Source: Erysipelotrichaceae bacterium
GTDB taxonomy: Bacteria > Bacillota_I > Bacilli_A > Erysipelotrichales > Erysipelotrichaceae
Direction: 5' to 3'
DNA length: 32,000 bases
NCBI GenBank assembly: GCA_030604855.1
Contig: JAUVVC010000003.1
Span: 90,001-122,000, forward strand
Shown here: positions 17,196 through 23,818 of the stretch, piece by piece
How positions within the stretch are numbered: position 1 is the stretch's first letter
Layout of the letters: each line of letters starts with the position of its first letter
Program-made: the position numbers and the translations under genes
The notes under the pieces: generated by a model
Database searches by the model: none
Told to the model about the DNA's origin: nothing
The model's input: the letters and a program-made list of their open reading frames with translations, nothing else

Positions 17196-18602
17196 ATGAA
17201 GCCCATGAATGAGATTACGAAGAATTTGACATTTGTAATAGGCATCCTTTTAATTTCAACACTCATGTCTTACATCTTTAGTTTTCTTGAATTTCAAGAA
17301 GCAACCATCATCATCATCTATATGCTGGGTGTCATCATCATTTCACAGTTCACGACACACTATCTCTTTGGCTTTTTAGCGTCTTTGCTAAGTGTGCTTG
17401 CTTTCAATTTCTTCTTCACTCATCCCCTTTATACATTCAACATCTCGCAACCCGATTATCTTTTTACATTCTTCATCATGTTCATCGCAAGTTTCCTTTC
17501 CAGTTCATTGACTTCGAAGCTTAAAAGTGAAAAGCGCTTATCTCAACTCAAAACGAATCAAGTTCTATTGGTGGAAGCCATCAATCATAGTTTCCAAGGA
17601 AATGAGTTGAGCGTTGCGCTCTATGCATCCATCAATTTGATTGCGGAAAACTACGATGCCGAAGTCAATTTACAATGTTCATGGGGTAGACATGATTATA
17701 CATTATCGGCTAAATCAAATACGGCGATCAATCTGGGTCAGAGTCATGAGGCTGAGATCAGTTTGGATAAAAACAGTATTGGTAAATTGAGTATTCGCAG
17801 CACCTTCAGTCTCGATGCGACGTGGATTCAGACCTTAGCAGATCTGATTGGTCAGAATATCGAGCATTTGGACTTAATGGAAAAGCAGACGCAAGCAAAA
17901 CTTGAAATTCGTGAACAGAAAATGCGGAATGATCTGCTGGGTGCGATCTCTCATGACTTGAGGACACCTTTGGCAACCATCATCGGAAGCAGTGATACTT
18001 TGCTTGAAAACTTGGATCAAATTAATTTAAATGAACAAAAAGAGTTGCTCGAAAACATCAAACAAGATGGACAATGGCTGTTAAATTCAGTCGAAAATAT
18101 CCTCAGTTTCATGCGTGTTGAAGAAGGCATCAAGCTGAACATGAATTTGGAATCGGTTGAAGAGTTGTTTGGAGATGTGTTGAGTCGTATGGTGAATCGC
18201 ATCACACAGAAACTGGTTTTAAATTTACCTCAAGATCCCATCTATACCAAGATGGACATTCAATTGATGGGAAAGGTTTTGATTAATTTGATTGATAATG
18301 CCTCAAAGAATGCGCCAGCAGAGAGTGTCATCACTCTCCGTGCTGAAATCAAAGGTGATCGTTTGATCTATGAGGTGATTGATGAAGGGATGGGGGTTCC
18401 TGAAAACATGAAACGGACGATTTTTGAGCGTTTTGCATCGGTTGAAAAGATCCATACAAGTCAACGCAAAGGTTTGGGTTTGGGACTCGCCATTTGTAAG
18501 TCCATCGTAGAAGCGCATGGGGGTCGCATCATCGTTAAAGACAATATTCCACGAGGCAGTAACTTTCATTGTGAATTTCCATATCAGGGAGTCGAAACAT
18601 GA
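17196..18602 (+). CDS. KdpD-like sensor histidine kinase lacking the N-terminal KdpD/Usp sensor module (DUF4118 TM domain, HisKA, HATPase_c)
   Basis: Four N-terminal TM helices are followed by the H-box LLGAISHDLRTPLATIIG, the N-box LINLIDNASKNAP, and G-boxes DEGMGVP and GLGLGLAICKSIV. Only 76 nt separate it from the upstream gene, so no missing N-terminal domain is encoded nearby. Confidence 0.85.
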   Translation: MKPMNEITKNLTFVIGILLISTLMSYIFSFLEFQEATIIIIYMLGVIIISQFTTHYLFGFLASLLSVLAFNFFFTHPLYTFNISQPDYLFTFFIMFIASFLSSSLTSKLKSEKRLSQLKTNQVLLVEAINHSFQGNELSVALYASINLIAENYDAEVNLQCSWGRHDYTLSAKSNTAINLGQSHEAEISLDKNSIGKLSIRSTFSLDATWIQTLADLIGQNIEHLDLMEKQTQAKLEIREQKMRNDLLGAISHDLRTPLATIIGSSDTLLENLDQINLNEQKELLENIKQDGQWLLNSVENILSFMRVEEGIKLNMNLESVEELFGDVLSRMVNRITQKLVLNLPQDPIYTKMDIQLMGKVLINLIDNASKNAPAESVITLRAEIKGDRLIYEVIDEGMGVPENMKRTIFERFASVEKIHTSQRKGLGLGLAICKSIVEAHGGRIIVKDNIPRGSNFHCEFPYQGVET

Positions 18603-19285
18603 CAAAAATTCTATTGATCGAAGACGATCATACCTTACGCAGTTTCATGCGTGTCTTATTGACGGCACAGAGCTATGAAGTCATCGAGGCAACCGATGCG
18701 AAACAAGGGATTACCTTGGCGTTGAGTCTGCCCATCGATGTCATCATCCTCGATTTGGGTTTGCCGGATATGGATGGTCTCACGGTCATTGAACAGATTC
18801 GTGAACACATTCAAAGTGGCATCATTGTCGTGAGTGCTCGCGATAAGGAGAATGACAAGATCTTTGCGTTGGATCATGGGGCGGACGATTATTTGACGAA
18901 ACCGTTCAATGCGCAGGAGCTTTTGGCACGTATCCGTGTCAGTCTTCGACACCGTACGACGACAGTTCAAGATACCTTGGAGAGTTTGATGATTCGTGAT
19001 ATTCATATTGATTTTGATAAACATCTTGTCTTTGTTCAAAACAATGAAGTGCATCTTTCGCCCATAGAGTTTGAGATTCTATCATTATTGATGAAGAATC
19101 ATGGTAAAGTCCTGACCCATCATTTCCTACTCAATAAGGTGTGGGGAAGTCAGGCATTAGAGAACGATGTACAGACCTTGCGTGTCACCATGGCGAATCT
19201 TCGACGTAAGATTGAAGCCAATCCAGGGATTCCAGAATACATTCGTACGGAAATCGGTGTGGGTTATCGCTTTATAGACAGTTGA
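18599..19285 (+). CDS. OmpR/KdpE-like response regulator
   Basis: Receiver domain (ILLIEDD ... IILDLGLPDMDG ... KPF) plus winged helix (LSPIEFEILSLLMKNHGKVLTHHFLLNKVWG ... GVGYRF). ATGA overlap with the kinase gene. Confidence 0.9.
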   Translation: MTKILLIEDDHTLRSFMRVLLTAQSYEVIEATDAKQGITLALSLPIDVIILDLGLPDMDGLTVIEQIREHIQSGIIVVSARDKENDKIFALDHGADDYLTKPFNAQELLARIRVSLRHRTTTVQDTLESLMIRDIHIDFDKHLVFVQNNEVHLSPIEFEILSLLMKNHGKVLTHHFLLNKVWGSQALENDVQTLRVTMANLRRKIEANPGIPEYIRTEIGVGYRFIDS

Positions 19286-19323
19286 TTTTTATACCATTTT
19301 TATATCGATGGCAATGTTTTGAT

Positions 19324-19346
19324 ACGGATTTGATATCCGTTTTTTT
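19324..19346 (+). terminator. Modest rho-independent terminator or attenuator
   Basis: ACGGAT-TTGAT-ATCCGT hairpin followed by TTTTTT. Confidence 0.5.
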
Positions 19347-19368
19347 ATACTTTCTATGGAGGTCGAAT

Positions 19369-19641
19369 ATGGACGAACGACTGGAACGGAATATCGTATT
19401 GGCATTGGAATCGAAAAATACAAGTTTGGCAAGGAGCTATATCATAGAAGCATTTGATCAAGACTGTGAATGTGCCATGGTTCAAGTTTACTTAGGCATT
19501 CTAAATGAAATTGAGAATCACCAAGCCAAAGCCATGCGCCACTACCGTGCCGCATTGGCACTGGATGGCACCAACAATCTAGCACTCTATAACATGTATC
19601 GTTTAGGGGATGGGCATCATGAACCCATCCGTTTTCGGTGA
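19369..19641 (+). CDS. Small TPR-like protein (90 aa)
   Basis: GGAGG lies 6 nt upstream of the ATG at 19369. TPR-like AKAMRHYRAALALDGTNNLALYNMY. The longer track ORF from 19282 spans the terminator hairpin. Confidence 0.55.
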   Translation: MDERLERNIVLALESKNTSLARSYIIEAFDQDCECAMVQVYLGILNEIENHQAKAMRHYRAALALDGTNNLALYNMYRLGDGHHEPIRFR

Positions 19642-20294
19642 ACGCGATGTATACAATCATTGTAGGTTGTGAATTGATTGGGGCAAGAATTGCGATCGAA
19701 CTCGCAAATCTTCACCAAAATGTCGTGGTGATTGAACGTGATCAAGCAAAGTTGGAGGGTTTGGCCAGTGGCTTTAATGGCATGATTGTCAAAGGGATTG
19801 AGTTTGATCAAGACAATCTGTGTCAAGCAGGCATCGAGAAAGCAGATGTGGTTTTGGCCTTAACGGATGACGATAACTTGAACATCACCGTCAGTTTGGT
19901 GGCGATGCGTGTCTTTAAAGTCAAACGTGTCATTGCTCAAGTCATTGATCCAAATCGTCGCTATCTATATGAATTGCTGGGCATAGAGTCCTTCAGTCCG
20001 ATTAAGATGGGAGTCAATGCCTTGTTATCTAAGATGGATATCGCACCGGTTGAGCAGTTGGTTCAAGTCAGCTCCGGCATTGAAATCACACGCATTGAAA
20101 TCAAACGTGTGTTGCCGATCAAGGTCAAGCAGGTCTATGAGAAGTGCGACACCATCATCAGTGTCATCGTTCATAACGGAGTATCCAGTATAGCGCACGA
20201 TGAAACGATCCTTGAGTTTGGGGATTTGGTGGTTTGCAGTCATCATCTACGCGATCGTAAACAATTGTTGGAATTGTTGGTTCAGGAGGGCTAA
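19638..20294 (+). CDS. trkA: TrkA/KtrA-type RCK protein, half-size, degenerate dinucleotide-binding motif
   Basis: RCK_N plus RCK_C architecture. IIVGCELIGARIA replaces GxGxxG. The GTG at 19638 overlaps the upstream TGA; the ATG at 19647 is an alternative start. Confidence 0.75.
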   Translation: MNAMYTIIVGCELIGARIAIELANLHQNVVVIERDQAKLEGLASGFNGMIVKGIEFDQDNLCQAGIEKADVVLALTDDDNLNITVSLVAMRVFKVKRVIAQVIDPNRRYLYELLGIESFSPIKMGVNALLSKMDIAPVEQLVQVSSGIEITRIEIKRVLPIKVKQVYEKCDTIISVIVHNGVSSIAHDETILEFGDLVVCSHHLRDRKQLLELLVQEG

Positions 20295-20945
20295 ATGCGT
20301 GCAATTATCATTGGTGGTGGGAAAGTAGGTTACTTTCTTGTCAAAGCATTGTTGGAACGTGACATGCGTGTCACGTTGATTGAAAAAGATAAGGTTCGTG
20401 CGACACAGATTTCATCTGAGCTTGATGTGGATGTGATATGGGGAGATGGATCCGATTTGAACATCCTGCATGAGGCGGACATCCAAGGCTGTGAACTGGT
20501 TGCGGCAGTAACCGGAAATGATGAAGAAAATCTTGTGGTCTGTCAAATCGTCAAAGTCAGCTTCAAACATTGCAAGACGATTGCCCGCATCAACAACCCT
20601 AAGAATATGCGTATGTTCAGAGCACTCGGGGTGGATAAGACGGTATGCAGTACGGAAGTCATTGCCAATCTGATTCAAGCTGAGATGACGATTGATGATA
20701 TCAAGGTCTTACAGACCTTTGATATGGGGTCCATGGTTCTTGCGGAACTGGAATTGAATAGGGGTCACGCTTGGATCAATGGATTCATTAAAGATATTAA
20801 GATTCCGAATCATGTGGTATTGGTTTCAATCTTGCGTCAAGATGAAGTCATTTATCCAAAAGGTGACACACAATTGTTTGAGCAGGATCGCATCATGTTT
20901 GTCTGTGATCAAACAACATTAAAGGAAATGAGGAAAGAACGATGA
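20295..20945 (+). CDS. trkA: TrkA/KtrA-type RCK protein, half-size, canonical NAD-binding motif
   Basis: IIIGGGKVGYFLVKAL...VTLIEKD Rossmann motif. AGGAGG SD lies upstream. Confidence 0.9.
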   Translation: MRAIIIGGGKVGYFLVKALLERDMRVTLIEKDKVRATQISSELDVDVIWGDGSDLNILHEADIQGCELVAAVTGNDEENLVVCQIVKVSFKHCKTIARINNPKNMRMFRALGVDKTVCSTEVIANLIQAEMTIDDIKVLQTFDMGSMVLAELELNRGHAWINGFIKDIKIPNHVVLVSILRQDEVIYPKGDTQLFEQDRIMFVCDQTTLKEMRKER

Positions 20946-21034
20946 AAGAGTGGAAAGGATATGGCATTGAGATCCTTCTTGTCCTCTTGATGATATTCGT
21001 TTTCTTGGGAATGAGCTGGATGTTGACCTTATGA
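20942..21034 (+). CDS. Unannotated 30-aa single-pass membrane peptide (MKEWKGYGIEILLVLLMIFVFLGMSWMLTL)
   Basis: Not in the ORF track. Its ATG overlaps the trkA stop (ATGA at 20942-20945). Its TGA overlaps the ATG of trkH (ATGA at 21031-21034). The core is hydrophobic. Confidence 0.5.
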   Translation: MKEWKGYGIEILLVLLMIFVFLGMSWMLTL

Positions 21035-22551
21035 GAATAAACATGTCAGGTTTCTACAGTGTTGCGTATTATACTGGGACAATCATCTTTGGCTTTAGTG
21101 CATTGTTTCTATTGCCGATGATCATCGCGCTTTTCTATGCGGACCTGAATTCACTCTTTGACTTCACCATCAGTATGAGTTTGAGTTTGATGATGAGCAT
21201 GGGAATGATTGTATACGGACATAATCGACTGGATACGAAGGAGAGTTTGTCTTGGCGTCATGGTTTGATGGTCGCATCCTTCACATGGATATTATTGACT
21301 TTGATCAGTGCGATTCCATATCGCTTGAGTGGTTATTCACTGAGTTACTTGGACGCGCTCTTCGATGTGATGAGTGGATTCACGACAACGGGACTCTTTC
21401 TCATTCAAGACTTGGATCATATCCCCCAAGCCTTGAACTTTTGGCGACATCTGCTTACCTTTGTGGGTGGGCAAGGGATGATCGTGTTGGCCATCAGCTT
21501 CTTTGTGAAGGAAATGGGCAGTGCGTATAAATTCTATGTCGGGGAAGGTAAAGATATCGCACTTGTGCCCAATGTTCGGGGCACCGCACAATGGATTTGG
21601 AAGATCAGTTTTATCTACATGTTCATTGGGACATCATTGTTGTGGATCCAAGGGATGCGAATCGGTTTGAGTCCAATCAATGCGTTTTTCCATGGATTAT
21701 ACATTTTTCAAGCCGCGTGGAGTACAGGAGGATTCGCGCCAAATTATCAGAATATACTCTTCTACCATGATTTTGGATACGAAATCATTGGTTTGATCTT
21801 CTTCATCATTGGCTCATTCAACTTTGGTTTGCACTATGCCTTGATCCAAGGGAAGAAACAAGAGTTTCGAAAAAATATAGAAGTGATCAGTTTCTTTGTG
21901 TCCAGTTTCACCTTAAGTGCGCTTCTGGTCATCTATTTGAGCGATGCAGGTGTTTTTACAGAAGGCATCAGTATGTTCAGACGCGTTGTGTACAATGTGC
22001 TGTCCGCCCATACGACAACCGGGTTTGGAACCATTTATGCCCAACAGTTCGTGCAGGACTGGGGTGCCTTGGGGATAACCATCATGGTCGTAGCGATGTT
22101 GATTGGGGGCAGCGCGTGTTCAACCGCAGGGGGGATCAAAGGATTGCGCGTTGGAATCATTTTGAAAGGGATCTTTGCGGATATCAATCGTTTGATCAAA
22201 GGGGATAAAACGATGCGTGTGATCAAATATCATCACATCAAGGAACATGTATTGGATGATGCCGGCTTTCGCTCAGCAACAACGATTACCGTGCTGTATC
22301 TAATCACCTTTACGATCGGTTTGATTCTGACGAGTTTTGCGGGTTATGCACTAACGGATGCGGCCTTTGAAGTTGCTTCCGTAACGGGGAATGTGGGTCT
22401 AAGTATTGGAATCACCTCCGCTTCCATGCCGGATTACTTGAAACTTACCTATATTGTCATCATGTATCTGGGACGTTTGGAATTTATTTCGGTTTTTGTA
22501 CTTATTGGGATGTTTGTGAAAGGAGTTTCTAAATGGTTTCGACGCTACTAG
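21031..22551 (+). CDS. trkH: TrkH/KtrB-family K+ uptake membrane subunit
   Basis: Four pore-loop-like motifs: FTTTGLF, WSTGGFA, HTTTGFG and VTGNVGLS. Polytopic. The start could be 21031 or 21043. Confidence 0.9.
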   Translation: MRINMSGFYSVAYYTGTIIFGFSALFLLPMIIALFYADLNSLFDFTISMSLSLMMSMGMIVYGHNRLDTKESLSWRHGLMVASFTWILLTLISAIPYRLSGYSLSYLDALFDVMSGFTTTGLFLIQDLDHIPQALNFWRHLLTFVGGQGMIVLAISFFVKEMGSAYKFYVGEGKDIALVPNVRGTAQWIWKISFIYMFIGTSLLWIQGMRIGLSPINAFFHGLYIFQAAWSTGGFAPNYQNILFYHDFGYEIIGLIFFIIGSFNFGLHYALIQGKKQEFRKNIEVISFFVSSFTLSALLVIYLSDAGVFTEGISMFRRVVYNVLSAHTTTGFGTIYAQQFVQDWGALGITIMVVAMLIGGSACSTAGGIKGLRVGIILKGIFADINRLIKGDKTMRVIKYHHIKEHVLDDAGFRSATTITVLYLITFTIGLILTSFAGYALTDAAFEVASVTGNVGLSIGITSASMPDYLKLTYIVIMYLGRLEFISVFVLIGMFVKGVSKWFRRY

Positions 22552-23018
22552 TTTTGTGGATCGGTGCTCAAGCACAACTCATCTCTATTCAAGAACTCCT
22601 TAATCAAAGTAAGGCGTATGACCAACAAACAGTAATCATTGAAGCTGAAGTCATTTTGGAAGTTTTGGAACGAGATGATATGGCTTGGTTGAATGTCAAC
22701 GATGGGACCAATGCCATCGGTGTTTTTCTACCACTTGAAATGACAGAGAAGCTAACGACGTTTGGTAACCATCAGAATCAAGGAGATCGGATACGCATTG
22801 AAGCAATCTTTTATCGCAACTGTTTTGAACACGGAGGTGAAATGGATCTGCATGCGATCAACATCGATGTCATTGAAAAAGGGTTTAGAATTGAACGTCC
22901 CATCTCAACTTGGAAGTTCAGTTTTGCGATTGTTGGATTCACGTCCTCCATGATCAGCCTTTGGATGTATCGAAGATATCGTAAGAATAAGCGAAAGGAA
23001 TCGAACCTATCTAGTTAA
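22533..23018 (+). CDS. Hypothetical protein with N-terminal signal-like segment, about 110-aa beta-rich domain, C-terminal TM anchor and basic tail
   Basis: Overlaps the trkH 3' end by 19 nt. N-terminus STLLVLWIGAQAQ. C-terminus FSFAIVGFTSSMISLWMY followed by RRYRKNKRK. I recognise no family. Confidence 0.5.
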   Translation: MVSTLLVLWIGAQAQLISIQELLNQSKAYDQQTVIIEAEVILEVLERDDMAWLNVNDGTNAIGVFLPLEMTEKLTTFGNHQNQGDRIRIEAIFYRNCFEHGGEMDLHAINIDVIEKGFRIERPISTWKFSFAIVGFTSSMISLWMYRRYRKNKRKESNLSS

Positions 23019-23084
23019 CTAATTCAACAATTTCACAAAGATTAAGCATTAATTTTAATGTGTCACACATCACAGACAATTTCG

Positions 23085-23105
23085 GCCCCAATTTGGGGCA
23101 TTTTT
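23085..23105 (+). terminator. Rho-independent terminator
   Basis: GCCCCA-ATT-TGGGGC hairpin followed by ATTTTT. Confidence 0.7.
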
Positions 23106-23118
23106 GTTGAAAACAGGA

Positions 23119-23146
23119 TTGTCAATTTGAATGAATCGTATATACT
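23119..23146 (+). promoter_or_regulatory. Sigma-A-type promoter of the dtxR-feoAB operon
   Basis: TTGTCA, 16-nt spacer, then TATACT. Confidence 0.6.
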
Positions 23147-23153
23147 AAGAGTG

Positions 23154-23175
23154 ATTGTTAGCCTAGGGCAACAAT
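23154..23175 (+). promoter_or_regulatory. Candidate DtxR/IdeR-type operator (imperfect palindrome)
   Basis: ATTGTTAGCCTAGGGCAACAAT lies between the -10 and the SD. It contains a TTAGCCTA core resembling the TTAGGCTAA centre of iron boxes. Confidence 0.4.
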
Positions 23176-23184
23176 GGAGGTTTC

Positions 23185-23559
23185 ATGAAATATCACGATT
23201 CAGCTGAGATGTATCTCGAAACAATCTATCTCTTGGAGAAGACCCAAGGTCATGCGCATGTGGCAGAGATTTCAAAAGCATTGAACATCTCAAAACCCAG
23301 TGTGACCAAGGCGATGGAATTGTTGAAGAGTCGTGACTTGATCCTTAAAGAAGATTACGGACCGGTGACGCTTACCGATGCGGGTCGCGAATTATCCGTG
23401 AAGATTTATGAGCGGCATCGTGTCATAAAGTCCTATCTAAGTAAGAGTTTGAACTTGAGCTTGGATGAGGCGGAAGAGAATGCATGTCGAATGGAACATA
23501 TCATTTCCGAGGAAATGTTTGAGGCCATCAAAGTATATTTGAAAGAAGAGCAGGTGTGA
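23185..23559 (+). CDS. DtxR/MntR-family metal-dependent repressor (short form)
   Basis: Motifs: SAEMYLETIYLLEK, VAEISKALNISKPSVTKAMELL, ERHRVIKSYL and ACRMEHIIS. Confidence 0.85.
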   Translation: MKYHDSAEMYLETIYLLEKTQGHAHVAEISKALNISKPSVTKAMELLKSRDLILKEDYGPVTLTDAGRELSVKIYERHRVIKSYLSKSLNLSLDEAEENACRMEHIISEEMFEAIKVYLKEEQV

Positions 23560-23774
23560 AGATGATCTTAACTAAAGCAAAAAAGCATGTGACGTACACC
23601 ATTCAAGGAATTGATACGCATGATGATGCGATGAAAAATTTTCTCTTCAGCCTAGGTTGTCATGCAGGACAGAGTATCACGATCATTTCAAATTTTGGAG
23701 CGAACATGGTTGTGAACATCAACGATGCACGTTATAGCATTGATTCTGAATTGGCGAAAGCCATCATCGTATAA
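23556..23774 (+). CDS. feoA: Ferrous iron transport protein A
   Basis: About 70 aa, SH3-like FeoA pattern (YTIQGID..D..M..FLFSLGCHAGQSITII). The GTG at 23556 overlaps the dtxR stop; the ATG at 23562 is equally plausible. Confidence 0.8.
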   Translation: MKMILTKAKKHVTYTIQGIDTHDDAMKNFLFSLGCHAGQSITIISNFGANMVVNINDARYSIDSELAKAIIV

Positions 23775-23818
23775 AACGATTAGAAGGTTAGAGACTCTAA
23801 CCATAGAGGAGATTTAGA

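Noticed and set aside
19282-19368. N-terminal extension of the TPR-like ORF
   Set aside because: It spans the ACGGAT/ATCCGT terminator hairpin and T run. The ATG at 19369 has a GGAGG SD.
17120-19368. c-di-AMP (ydaO/kimA-type) riboswitch upstream of the K+ uptake genes
   Set aside because: The available non-coding stretches (76 nt before the kinase, 83 nt before the TPR gene) are too short for that riboswitch of well over 100 nt. They are already occupied by a terminator and promoter elements.
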